From Candidatus Chisholmbacteria bacterium RIFCSPHIGHO2_01_FULL_52_32 (GTDB taxonomy: Bacteria; Patescibacteriota; Microgenomatia; UBA1400; Chisholmbacteraceae): DNA of 64,000 bases. Both the position numbers and the translations under genes were made by a program. Position 1 is the first letter of the stretch. Each line of letters starts with the position of its first letter. Positions 34,434 through 44,029 of this stretch are shown here, in pieces. The notes beneath the pieces were generated by a model. The model did not search any database and was not told the DNA's origin. It saw only the letters and a list, made by a program, of their open reading frames with translations. The DNA lies in assembly GCA_001816585.1 (NCBI GenBank), contig MHCJ01000003.1:348228-412227 (forward strand), written 5' to 3'.

Positions 34434-36437
34434 TTAGGGTGATATGGTTACTTCCCTATCGGAAGCGAGATCGAATTCTTCCCTCCCCTGGGGGGTGGCG
34501 ATTGTATACTTTGCCTTCTTAGATCCTGGCTGTTTTTGTATCAAAAGGCGGTAGTCTTTTCCTTCGTAGGGCACTTCGTAGCGAAAAACCAGCTTTGCCT
34601 GGCCCTGAGGTCGTAAGGTAAAAAACCCTTCAAAGACCGTCTTCCCCAAGTCCTCCTTTGTTTCAACCGGGACTTCTGAGCCAAGCGCCTCCAAAAGCTT
34701 ACTTCCTTTGGGTACGTATAGACGCACGTAGTCCCTAAGGACGCCGTTTAAGCAGAGCTGTCCTGCTTCCAGGTTGCAGTTTGAGGGCGGGAACGGATTT
34801 TGATATTTGACGGTGACCGTTTTTATGATTTTCCCGTCTAAGACTTCGATTGCCTGCTCTGTTTCTTGGGTGGTGAACATGTTGGACTTCGCCCCGGCAA
34901 AATTGGTGTCGTTGAGGTGAAAATAGTCCCCGTCGAACTCGCGAATGCGTCCCGCAACATTAATGAGCTCCGCTGCCTGTTGTTCCTCCGGATCGTAGAA
35001 GTAGAACAGGACATGTTTTTCCGTGATGTCACGAATGATCACCTCAAACAGCTTCGGCCAAATTTGCTTCGGCGCACCGTATGACTTCAGAAGTATGGTC
35101 TGAAGCATCGGCGCCAGCACTCCTTTGCGGTTTTCCCGTTGGGTGGCCAGAGGCTTGTCTGCCAGTAACTCGAGTGCGTAGACAACCTGAGGGCAGTCAC
35201 ACCGCGGGTCATTTTCCGAAGAATATGTCCCGTATCCCGGCACCTCAATCGGTCCTAATACTTCAACGATGTCTTTTAGGACCTTCGTGTCGACTGCCAC
35301 AATGCCGTTGATTTTGGGCTCACCTCTGATCGTGTTGTAGTGGCTTGAAAACAGATCCATCGCCACCTTAAAGTCCGGTGAAAGATTCATGTCCCGAAGG
35401 TTGAATCGGTAAACGAGCGGAAGGTATTTTTGAATCGGCTCCGGCACGGGGAGGCGCGTTGTAAACTTGTCATCCAAGGCATAGATGTCTTCGCTTTTTT
35501 CCTGGAAGACCTTGCCTTTCTCGATCCTTAAGATCGCGTAGGCGGTCATGAATCCTCCGGTTGATCGAAGCTCCGCGTCGTTTTGAAACAGCACCATGTA
35601 CTTGCGTTCCTTTTCTACGCCCATGACTTTGGGGAGCCTCTCCATGGCGGGTTTTGCCTTGGTGACTGCGAACAAGGCATCGTTTGAGACGGTTTGGGCA
35701 AGGCGGATGGTTTCCCCGATGTTTCTCCCTTTCATTTCAAAGGGATATCGGTCGGGATCGATCTTCCCCAATTCTTCACTGACCAGCGTAAGCTTTTGGG
35801 CCACTTCGTCGAGCTTTGGCGTCACCTTATCCAAGGTTTCAACGACTCTCACGATGCGATCTTCTGCCGTCCCTCCCAAAAAACTTCCTTGACCTTTGAA
35901 GCCTAATACGTCCGCGTAGGGTTCGACGGCATCGATGAGGATGTCGGTTGCCTCGACTCCGCTCTTCGAAGCCTTCAGTGCATGATTGCCATCGTGCCAG
36001 TAGCTGCCGACCAATGGGATGAAGCCAGTCCAGCGAAGAGCAGAATACTTCTTCTCCGTTTCAGCGAGTTTCGTTTTCACCTCATCAAGCTTTTGGTTGG
36101 CACTTATCAAGTCCTGCGACTTTGCCGCATCGTATACCGCCTTTGCCGCTCCGGCTGTTTCCCCGGCGCTTGAGATAACTCCCTTGGCTTGAACGGCGAT
36201 AATTGCAGATGCGATCGCAAGAAGAACGAGGAAGACCAGAAGTCCTCCCGCAATGTACTTCAGACGTGGGAATGTTCTTTTGGGTACTGCTTCTCCCATT
36301 GAATCTTGTACTGCAAGGTTCGGACTTTCGTCAGCTTTCGCGTTTTTCTGACGACGTATTATCTTTCGCAAAAATCCCAGCATTTCGGTCTCCGATCCTT
36401 CCATTGTACCAACTTTTTTCCGTCGTTTCCCTACCAC
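34434..36437 (-). CDS. DUF4012-like membrane-anchored protein (N-terminal TM helix plus a large extracytoplasmic domain) at the head of the glycan island
   Basis: N-terminal TM YIAGGLLVFLVLLAIASAIIAV and the core segment KYMVLFQNDAELRSTGGFMTAYAILRIEKGKV, which is typical of DUF4012 proteins. Confidence 0.5.
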   Translation of the reverse strand: MVGKRRKKVGTMEGSETEMLGFLRKIIRRQKNAKADESPNLAVQDSMGEAVPKRTFPRLKYIAGGLLVFLVLLAIASAIIAVQAKGVISSAGETAGAAKAVYDAAKSQDLISANQKLDEVKTKLAETEKKYSALRWTGFIPLVGSYWHDGNHALKASKSGVEATDILIDAVEPYADVLGFKGQGSFLGGTAEDRIVRVVETLDKVTPKLDEVAQKLTLVSEELGKIDPDRYPFEMKGRNIGETIRLAQTVSNDALFAVTKAKPAMERLPKVMGVEKERKYMVLFQNDAELRSTGGFMTAYAILRIEKGKVFQEKSEDIYALDDKFTTRLPVPEPIQKYLPLVYRFNLRDMNLSPDFKVAMDLFSSHYNTIRGEPKINGIVAVDTKVLKDIVEVLGPIEVPGYGTYSSENDPRCDCPQVVYALELLADKPLATQRENRKGVLAPMLQTILLKSYGAPKQIWPKLFEVIIRDITEKHVLFYFYDPEEQQAAELINVAGRIREFDGDYFHLNDTNFAGAKSNMFTTQETEQAIEVLDGKIIKTVTVKYQNPFPPSNCNLEAGQLCLNGVLRDYVRLYVPKGSKLLEALGSEVPVETKEDLGKTVFEGFFTLRPQGQAKLVFRYEVPYEGKDYRLLIQKQPGSKKAKYTIATPQGREEFDLASDREVTISP

Positions 36438-37063
36438 TTACTGAACATCGCGCCCGGAGTCTTTACCAAGATGCGGATATCTTCGAGCATGGACTTTTTT
36501 CTCGCATACTCTGCATCCATTTTTGCCCGGACGTTGAAGGGGACGATGTTCCGCCCTGAAGTCTGCCAAGGGCCCGTGATGCCCGGCTTAATTGAGAGGA
36601 TATTCTTAATCCATTGGCGTGTTTCCGGATATTTGGCTTGTTGTTCTTCAAGCTCCTTTTTCAGATAGGCTCGCGGACCAACCATGCTCATTTCTCCTTT
36701 CAGGACGTTTAACAGTTGAGGGAATTCATCGATCGTTATCGATCGCATGATCCTGCCCAAGGTTGTGATCCGTGGATCGCTCTCGAGTTTCCAATCGCCG
36801 TCCTTGAATTTCTTTAACAGCCGTTTATCTTTTTTGAATAATATTTCATCCGCGTCAGGGACCATGCTTCTAAACTTATACATCCAAAATTCCTTCCCGT
36901 TTTTCCCGACCCTCCGGTGTCGGTAAAAAATCGGTCCCGGAGAATCGAAGGTGATCAAAAGCGGGATGACAATCCAGACGGGCAAGAACAGTGCAGTCAG
37001 AATGAGGGCGAGACATACGTCGAGCAACCGTTTGAATACATCAAAGGACCAGTCTTCATGCAT
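36431..37063 (-). CDS. polyprenyl-phosphate sugar phosphotransferase (bacterial sugar transferase, PglC/WbaP C-terminal-domain type)
   Basis: FDSPGPIFYRHRRVGKNGKEFWMYKFRSM and the downstream PGITGPWQ motif; a single N-terminal TM helix. Confidence 0.8.
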   Translation of the reverse strand: MHEDWSFDVFKRLLDVCLALILTALFLPVWIVIPLLITFDSPGPIFYRHRRVGKNGKEFWMYKFRSMVPDADEILFKKDKRLLKKFKDGDWKLESDPRITTLGRIMRSITIDEFPQLLNVLKGEMSMVGPRAYLKKELEEQQAKYPETRQWIKNILSIKPGITGPWQTSGRNIVPFNVRAKMDAEYARKKSMLEDIRILVKTPGAMFSKW

Positions 37064-37066
37064 AGG

Positions 37067-38176
37067 TTAGAGGAGGTTTTCTCTGCCTTTCTTTTTCATG
37101 ATCTCCAGCAACTTTTTGACATCGGCTGACCGTTCCTTCGAACTCACCAAAAGCGCATCTTTTGTATCTACCACAACAAGGTTCTCAACCCCGATGGTCG
37201 CCACAAGCTTCTTCTTCGGAGCGTAGATCAAGGAACCTTTGGTGTCCATCGCTTCAAGGTCCGCTTGGATGACATTATCCACGGCATTTTCCGCAAGGCC
37301 GGTAGTTAATAATTCCCAAGTTCCCACATCGGTCCATCCCATATCCGTGGGTATGACGAGCATGTCCTTGGGATCAAGCTTCTCGAAGATCCCGTAGTCC
37401 ACGGAATCTTTTTTAATCTTGGCGTACTGGGCCTTGATGACTTTTTCCCTTTCTTTCGTATCGAGCGAGTTTTTGATCAGAACCAGGGAAGCGTGGGTAG
37501 CCGGGGATATCTTTTTGTAAAAATCGAGCATCACGTCCGTTCTCCACACCATGTACCCAACGTTGATGAGGAATTTGAATGATCGAAAGAGACGCTTGGC
37601 CGTTTGTAAATCAGGCTTTTCAATAAAGCGGACAAACTCAAAAACCTCCATTCCATCAACCGTCATCATCCTTTTCCCGATCTCAACCCAGCCGTTATAA
37701 ATGCTGGGGAATGCGGGTCGGGAGTCAATTTTTGTGATCACTTTTTTCTCTGAAGAGACTTTTCCGGCGGCCCGCAGGGCTTTGAGAAATGCCTCTTCGT
37801 CCTCAACCAAATGATCCGCGCCCCAGACGGCTGCCATCAGCGTATTCGGATAATAGTGATCAACGTAGGCGGTTGCATATCCCACCGCTGCAAAGCTATC
37901 CCGCCTTTCCGGTTCGGCGATGATGTTTTCTGCGGGAATCTGGGGAGCCTGTTTCTTGACGAAGTGCTCGTACTCGGCTCCTGTCGAAACGAAGATATCC
38001 CGGGGAGAGAATCCCTTTCTTACCCTGTTGTAGGCGTGCTTAAAAAATGATGTCTTTCCGAGAAGCGGTTGGAATTGTTTCGGATAGTCTTTCCGGCTCA
38101 TCGGCCACATCCGAGTCCCTACCCCTCCCGCAAAGATGACCACTTTCATTTCAGAATGTCTTGATGTTTTTTCCAT
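37067..38176 (-). CDS. mannose-1-phosphate guanylyltransferase-like nucleotidyltransferase
   Basis: VIFAGGVGTRMWPMSRKDYPKQF G-loop typical of ManC/CpsB-type GDP-mannose pyrophosphorylases. Confidence 0.7.
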   Translation of the reverse strand: MEKTSRHSEMKVVIFAGGVGTRMWPMSRKDYPKQFQPLLGKTSFFKHAYNRVRKGFSPRDIFVSTGAEYEHFVKKQAPQIPAENIIAEPERRDSFAAVGYATAYVDHYYPNTLMAAVWGADHLVEDEEAFLKALRAAGKVSSEKKVITKIDSRPAFPSIYNGWVEIGKRMMTVDGMEVFEFVRFIEKPDLQTAKRLFRSFKFLINVGYMVWRTDVMLDFYKKISPATHASLVLIKNSLDTKEREKVIKAQYAKIKKDSVDYGIFEKLDPKDMLVIPTDMGWTDVGTWELLTTGLAENAVDNVIQADLEAMDTKGSLIYAPKKKLVATIGVENLVVVDTKDALLVSSKERSADVKKLLEIMKKKGRENLL

Positions 38177-39255
38177 AGCTCTCCGATTTTGCCTCCGAAT
38201 TCGTTTATAAATCGTTTCTTGTCGAATCGCTTAGCATTCTGCTTGCATGCCGTCGGATCAAACGCCGATTCTCGAAATCCTTTCAGGGCGTTGACCAGCG
38301 ACTCCACCTTTTGTTGTGAAAAAAAGATGCCAGTTTTCCCTGCCCGGATGATCTCTGTCGCTCCACCTCCATTATAGGCTATGACCGGTTTTCCTGCAGC
38401 TTGGGCCTCAACGACGGAAAGGCCGAAATCCTCTTCCTGAGGGAAAATGAGGGCACGGCACTTTTGATAGTACAGAACAAGCTTCTCGTCTGTCAATTGA
38501 CCGACGAACGTCACCGTCGGTCCGGCAATTCTGTTGAGCTTCCCTGCCTGCAAACCTGTGCCGACAATAACCAGCGGCAAGCGGAGCGCGTTTGCGGCCT
38601 GAATCGCCAAATCGAGGCGTTTGTGCGGGACGAGCCGTGAAACCACCAGAAAATAATCCCTGACGGAAATGGTTCCCTCTTTTCGTTTACCAAATGCCTC
38701 CACTTCAACCGGTGGATAGATCACATCGGCCTCCCGGTTGTAATAGGTTTTTATCCTTGTTTGCACCGCCTTTGAAATTGCCACCAAGAAGTCCGGGCGC
38801 TGACTGGCAATCTTGTCCCAGTTTGTGAGGTACGAAAAGATCGGCTTCGTGAGCGGTCGCAATATCCTTGGAATTTCTTTCTGGTAGAGTTCTCTGTCAC
38901 TCCAGAGGTAGCGCGTTGGGGTTAATACGTAGCAGACATGAAGGGTTGACGGTTTGGTCAATATTCCCTTTGCATCGGCGCTTGTCACCGAGATGACAAT
39001 ATCAAAATCAGAAAAATCGAGACTCTCAAAGGCCATCGGGGTTAACCATGGATACAACTCGTGGGTACTGCGCGCCAGCGGCAAGCGGTTCAGAAAAGAT
39101 ACCCGAACGTCCCAGCCCTTCGTCCACCCCGCTTTCTGAGGATTGTAGACTGCGGTATATAAAGGAGCTTTCGGGTAGATCTCGTGCAGGGCTTTGAGCA
39201 CCCGTTCCGCTCCGCCGAGCTTGTTCGTCCGGTCATATACCAGTGCAAGGTTCAT
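38146..39255 (-). CDS. glycosyltransferase family 4 (GT-B)
   Basis: C-terminal E..G..VVEAQAAGKPVIA motif of GT4/GT1 retaining transferases. Confidence 0.75.
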   Translation of the reverse strand: MNLALVYDRTNKLGGAERVLKALHEIYPKAPLYTAVYNPQKAGWTKGWDVRVSFLNRLPLARSTHELYPWLTPMAFESLDFSDFDIVISVTSADAKGILTKPSTLHVCYVLTPTRYLWSDRELYQKEIPRILRPLTKPIFSYLTNWDKIASQRPDFLVAISKAVQTRIKTYYNREADVIYPPVEVEAFGKRKEGTISVRDYFLVVSRLVPHKRLDLAIQAANALRLPLVIVGTGLQAGKLNRIAGPTVTFVGQLTDEKLVLYYQKCRALIFPQEEDFGLSVVEAQAAGKPVIAYNGGGATEIIRAGKTGIFFSQQKVESLVNALKGFRESAFDPTACKQNAKRFDKKRFINEFGGKIGELWKKHQDILK

Positions 39256-39261
39256 AGGAGG

Positions 39262-39320
39262 GAGTATAGGGTATAGGGTATAGGGTATAGGGTATAGGGT
39301 ATAGGGTTTAGGGTTTAAGG
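39262..39320. repeat. heptamer minisatellite (GGGTATA)x5 (GGGTTTA)x2, a telomere-like G-rich repeat, between two minus-strand GT4 genes
   Basis: Tandem units read directly. Related to the array at 2152-2204 (shared GGGTATA unit). Confidence 0.9.
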
Positions 39321-39323
39321 GTC

Positions 39324-40478
39324 TTAACTCTGATCACGTTTACCGGAATGCGCTATGCCAACCTTTTCATACACGTCGAGAGTCTGCTCGGCAAGTTTCT
39401 TCCAGCTGAACTGCTTCACTTGCTTCCTGCCTGCCTCGATGAGCTTTTTTTGAAGCGGAAGATTTTTGAGGAGTTTTTGCAGCGAGTCGGCGAGATGCAC
39501 TTCCGACCGGGCATCCGTAAACAGGGCTGCATCCTGGTAAATTTCCCTGAAAATCTCAAGTTCGTTTGCAACGACAGGCAGGCCGCACGCCATGGCTTCC
39601 AGGCCGGTCAGTCCGAACCCTTCGGAGAGTGAGGGTTGGACCAGGCAGAGGGCATGTGCGTAGAGAAGTGCCAGATCCTGATCCGGAACAAATCCGATCA
39701 AGCGGACAAACTTCCCTGCATTCCATCTGTCGGTTTCCGCAAGCAATCGATTCAGGAAGACCGTTCTTGCGCTCGCGACAACCAATGTAACCCTGACTCC
39801 GCGTTGACTTAAGAGCTTCACTGCCAACGCCAAACGCAGGATGTTCTTGTGCGGGTACGCGCTGCCCGTGTAGATCACAAATGGCGTCGTGATTCCGTAT
39901 TTTCGGAGAATTTCTGCTTTTTTCCTCCGAGGGAAAAAGATCCTTGCGGGCGCCTCGTAGGTGACACGGATTTTTGCGGGCGCGACCCCGTGACTGTCCG
40001 CAAGCTTTTTTTGTATTACCCTGCTCGGAGCAAAAATCGCTTTTGCTGCCCGCAAGGCATGAGAAACAATCGCCAGATACCCGACATACTTTACGGCATA
40101 GACCAAGGGATTTTGCGTCGTTACCGACAGCCCACGGACATCATGCCAAAGTAGATCGTGGATGGTAACGACGAATGGCTTCCGGTACAGGAGCGGGACA
40201 TTGAAATGCGGCACGTGGAGGAGATCAAGCTTCGCGCGTGAAAAGATTTCTCCCAACAGCCATTGTTCTTCAAAGGAATAGTGGAGAATGTTGCAGGAAA
40301 CGACGGAGAAGTTTTCGGGAAACCGGAGCACTTGATCGTAGGGATGGCGCAAAAACACCGTGTAGCGGTTCCGCCGATCCAAGCTTTTCAGGCTGTCCAA
40401 AAGCTCCATGACGTAGCGGCCCAAGCCCGCGTGTTCTACTCCATAGAGTCTCGCGTCGATTCCAATCTTTAGTGCCAT
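39324..40478 (-). CDS. glycosyltransferase family 4 (GT-B)
   Basis: SEGFGLTGLEAMACGLPVVA motif. Confidence 0.8.
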   Translation of the reverse strand: MALKIGIDARLYGVEHAGLGRYVMELLDSLKSLDRRNRYTVFLRHPYDQVLRFPENFSVVSCNILHYSFEEQWLLGEIFSRAKLDLLHVPHFNVPLLYRKPFVVTIHDLLWHDVRGLSVTTQNPLVYAVKYVGYLAIVSHALRAAKAIFAPSRVIQKKLADSHGVAPAKIRVTYEAPARIFFPRRKKAEILRKYGITTPFVIYTGSAYPHKNILRLALAVKLLSQRGVRVTLVVASARTVFLNRLLAETDRWNAGKFVRLIGFVPDQDLALLYAHALCLVQPSLSEGFGLTGLEAMACGLPVVANELEIFREIYQDAALFTDARSEVHLADSLQKLLKNLPLQKKLIEAGRKQVKQFSWKKLAEQTLDVYEKVGIAHSGKRDQS

Positions 40479-41377
40479 CGGCTTCGGAGGGTTCTTATTT
40501 TCCCAAACAACCAGATTCCCGTAAACACCAACTTCCTCAGGAAAAGAGGGTATTTGTCTTTGTAATGCTTGTCATAAAAAAGCTGCATCGTGTCATTAAA
40601 GTAGGTTGTCGTGACGCTGCGAATCTTTTTTGTTTTGTCGGTCAATTGCTTGCCTTCGTCTTTCTTCCTCCCCGATCGTTTTTTAAAGTGAATGACGGTT
40701 GCTTCGGGGTCATAATAGATCTTCCACCCTTTGTCTCGAATCCGCATACACCAATCGAGGTCTTCCGCGTACATGAAGTAACGCTCATCGAGGAGCCCGA
40801 CTTGTTCGACCACTTTGGTTCGTACCATGAAGCAAGCGCCGGATATTGCATCCACTTCGTGAATGGCGTCGAAATCCTTCCACGTCTGATGGTATCCGGA
40901 GAAAAAGGGAGAGTTGGGGAACAGTTGTTCGAGTTTCACAAAGTAGGTGAAAGCGTTCCAGGGTGTGGGGGAACCACGATGACAAGAAAGATCGATCGCT
41001 CCATCCGGCAGAACGAGCTTCCCGGTTACAGCGCCTGCATCGGTTCTTTCATCCATGAACTTCACGAGCTTTTCAAAGGCATCGGGAAGCACAACGGTGT
41101 CCGAGTTCAGGAGAAGGAGCAACTCTCCTTTTGCCTTCCTGATTGCGCGATTATTCCCCGCAGCAAAACCGATGTTTCTCTTATTCTCGATGAGTTTTAC
41201 CCACGGAAACCCTTTTCGAATCTTCTCCGACGAACCATCGGTTGACCCGTTGTCGGCGACGATCACTTCCAAACTTCCGCTTGAGATATCGAGATTCTGT
41301 TCTTCGATTGACCCAAGACAGCGAACGATGTAGTCACGGGTATTGTAATTGAGGATGATGACCGAAAGTTTAGGCAT
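40469..41377 (-). CDS. glycosyltransferase family 2 (GT-A)
   Basis: LSVIILNYNTRDYIVRCLGSI, VIVADNGSTDGS, and a DxD-type region. Confidence 0.8.
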   Translation of the reverse strand: MPKLSVIILNYNTRDYIVRCLGSIEEQNLDISSGSLEVIVADNGSTDGSSEKIRKGFPWVKLIENKRNIGFAAGNNRAIRKAKGELLLLLNSDTVVLPDAFEKLVKFMDERTDAGAVTGKLVLPDGAIDLSCHRGSPTPWNAFTYFVKLEQLFPNSPFFSGYHQTWKDFDAIHEVDAISGACFMVRTKVVEQVGLLDERYFMYAEDLDWCMRIRDKGWKIYYDPEATVIHFKKRSGRKKDEGKQLTDKTKKIRSVTTTYFNDTMQLFYDKHYKDKYPLFLRKLVFTGIWLFGKIRTLRSRWH

Positions 41378-42563
41378 GCTTTCCTAACAATCTATAGATT
41401 CTATCGAGTTTTGCCGAAATCTTCTTCCAATTATAGTTGTTCGTGATGAGTAGTTTTGCCTTTCTGGCAACGTGCTCCGCTCTCCTTGGGCTTTGAAGAA
41501 CTTCGATCGTTTTGTCAGCCAGTTCCTTTGCTGTATCTGCGATGAAAACCTCTTTGTTGTCCTCGGCTCGAATCCCTTCAATGCCGAGGCGGGTGGCCAC
41601 AACCGGAGTCCCCGAGGCCATCGCCTCAAGGATTTTATACTTTGTTCCCCTTCCGCTTCGGATCGGGGCAAGCAGGACACTGGCACCGGCGTAGGCTTCA
41701 CGGATATCTTTGATCCCTTCATCAACGACGATGTCGGGATCTTTGGTTAAGGATTTTATTTCCGGTGTTGGGTGCCTGCCGACGATCCACAACCTGCACT
41801 TCGGAATGGCGGCTTTTATCTTTGGCCAGATGTCTTCGTGGATGAAATGAACCGCGTCCCGATTGGGAAGCCACTTAAATTGTCCGACGAATAACACCAC
41901 GGGTGAGGTAAGGGGTTTGCGCTCAACGGCCTCAAAGAATTCAGCGTCGACACCGTTGGCAACTACATCAATCTTGGCATTCCTGGTAAACTGGAGGATA
42001 AATTCCTTATCCTCTTTGCTCATTGTGGCAAGATGGTCCGCCTTGCTCCAGTAGTACTTCTCCCATTGCTTGATTTTGTATACGTCAAACATCAAGAAGG
42101 GCTTTACGGCCGCGATCCGGAATTGGCGGACGAAGTCCTGATATACCAGGTACTCAATGGTCTGTTCAACGAGTAAGGTGGGAACCGATGTTTTTGGGAT
42201 GTTGGGCATGACGTAGAAGGTTTCCGCATGGATGAGATCGAAATTCCCTTTCTCGAGGACTTCCGTGAGTACCGCTTTTGCCCTGATGGGGAGGTTTCTG
42301 GTCACCAGAAAAGGATAGGGGGTAACCGCGGCAAGAAACACGTTACGCGGCGTGAACGGGTGCTTGCTTCTCTTAAAGACGTTTACCGTTTTACAGAATT
42401 TTTTCAATTCCAGGATGTACTCTTTCTCTGCTTCTTCCTTGATCAGTGCAAAAAGGTGAATCTCGTGCTTGTCTTTGAGGTTTTTTAACAGGTTGTACGT
42501 CCGAATCTGCCCTCCGGAGAGAAGCGGGTAAGGAAGGTATGGGGTCAGCATGAGGATTTTCAT
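41370..42563 (-). CDS. glycosyltransferase family 4 (GT-B)
   Basis: GT-B fold with C-terminal LEAMASGTPVVAT. Confidence 0.75.
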   Translation of the reverse strand: MKILMLTPYLPYPLLSGGQIRTYNLLKNLKDKHEIHLFALIKEEAEKEYILELKKFCKTVNVFKRSKHPFTPRNVFLAAVTPYPFLVTRNLPIRAKAVLTEVLEKGNFDLIHAETFYVMPNIPKTSVPTLLVEQTIEYLVYQDFVRQFRIAAVKPFLMFDVYKIKQWEKYYWSKADHLATMSKEDKEFILQFTRNAKIDVVANGVDAEFFEAVERKPLTSPVVLFVGQFKWLPNRDAVHFIHEDIWPKIKAAIPKCRLWIVGRHPTPEIKSLTKDPDIVVDEGIKDIREAYAGASVLLAPIRSGRGTKYKILEAMASGTPVVATRLGIEGIRAEDNKEVFIADTAKELADKTIEVLQSPRRAEHVARKAKLLITNNYNWKKISAKLDRIYRLLGKHA

Positions 42564-44029
42564 AGAGAGCAGTATCGGAGGCTGATGATGGTTATACCAT
42601 CAAGCGCGATAGATGGCTTGCACCGTTCGATCAGATATTTGGTTTCATCGTCAAGGTTCACCGAAACGTAGTCCGTGGCGCCTTGGTCGATTTTATCCGC
42701 AATCCCTCCCCCGATCGGCCATCCCTGACGGTTCGTTTGATAGAGAAAAGCAGTATCACCTTGGTATGGCGCTATGACTTTCGCATTTTTGGGAAGGATT
42801 CTGTCTGCCGCAATGCCTGCTTTGACGATCTCCGGATGGTTAATGTTGAAATAATCCCTGATGTGGAACCAGGAAAAGCCAAACCAGAAAACAAGTGTGG
42901 TTCCAATTAGGATCCAAGTTACGGGTCTTATGACCATTTGTTTCGGGAGACCGAGCATCCAATCGGCACCGATTGCCGCAAATATCACAAGCGGAGGGAT
43001 GATGAAGATCTGGTAGTAATCATGGGTCACATTCCCGGTTGCAAAGACCGCAAGGTAGGCAAGCATTCCGACTAACCACCAGTGAAACAGAAAGGGCAAT
43101 TTTCCTTTGGGTTTCCGCATCAGCCCGAGCCCGAATGGCAAAAGACCCCAGAAGCCAAAAATGAGCCTTCCTATCCGCTCGGCAAAGATCCAGCGGAAGA
43201 ATGCCGGCCGGAAGCGGATCCCTGATCCGTTCAGGAGCCAGGTATTTGCCGGAATCCCTTCCGGAAACCCGGTTGCCCAAAACCGCCAGGCAATGAAAGG
43301 GACGAGCGCGGCCGCCGTATAAAGGTAGAGAGCTTTTCTTCTGAAAAGGCCGATCCCCCATTTCTTGTAAGCTGCGTACGCCATCGGAAATACCATAAAG
43401 ATAAAAAATGGCTTTAGAAGGAGGGCGATTGCCGCCGCAATCACGGAGATCGCCATCTGAAGCCATCGCTCTGTATCAAGCCAGCGAAGGAAGCAGTAGA
43501 AGGCAAGGAGAGAAAAGAGGAGAAAAGGTACTTCAGGCAAAATGGTTCGATGATAGTAAATGTTGTAGGGAAGAAAGGCAAACAGGACGGACGAGAGAAT
43601 GGCAACCCTCTGCCCCAGGTATTTTTTTGTCAATGTATAGACAACCAGAATCGCCAGAATCGAAATCGCGATCGAGGTCAAGCGGCCCCAAACTTCAAGG
43701 GAGAAAACGTCGATCCAGTTAAATGTCACTGCGGTGAGGGCATTTATGATCGGGAATTCAACGAAACGCCAACCTTGAGGATTGTCTTTTCCGGAGGGGA
43801 TCGATGAGAGATCATCGTATCTCGGATGCAGGAGGTCTATCCCTTCGCTCACAAAGCGGCGGGTCACCGAAGAGGTATCGGCCTGACGCCAGGAATGCCA
43901 GTCTGCAAGCGGTTCATTCAGTCTGTATGTTCTTGCCAAAAAGGCTAGAACAACAATTATCGAAACAAAAATGTACTCTGCGATTTTTTGGGTATTAATA
44001 CTACTCATATTGTGGTCTTTTCCGGCCAA
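42560..44029 (-). CDS. PMT_2/ArnT-like GT-C membrane glycosyltransferase
   Basis: Polytopic; first loop carries WHSWRQADTSSVTRRF (the H.WRQ.DT...RNF-type motif of COG1807/PMT_2 proteins). Confidence 0.6.
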   Translation of the reverse strand: MAGKDHNMSSINTQKIAEYIFVSIIVVLAFLARTYRLNEPLADWHSWRQADTSSVTRRFVSEGIDLLHPRYDDLSSIPSGKDNPQGWRFVEFPIINALTAVTFNWIDVFSLEVWGRLTSIAISILAILVVYTLTKKYLGQRVAILSSVLFAFLPYNIYYHRTILPEVPFLLFSLLAFYCFLRWLDTERWLQMAISVIAAAIALLLKPFFIFMVFPMAYAAYKKWGIGLFRRKALYLYTAAALVPFIAWRFWATGFPEGIPANTWLLNGSGIRFRPAFFRWIFAERIGRLIFGFWGLLPFGLGLMRKPKGKLPFLFHWWLVGMLAYLAVFATGNVTHDYYQIFIIPPLVIFAAIGADWMLGLPKQMVIRPVTWILIGTTLVFWFGFSWFHIRDYFNINHPEIVKAGIAADRILPKNAKVIAPYQGDTAFLYQTNRQGWPIGGGIADKIDQGATDYVSVNLDDETKYLIERCKPSIALDGITIISLRYCSL

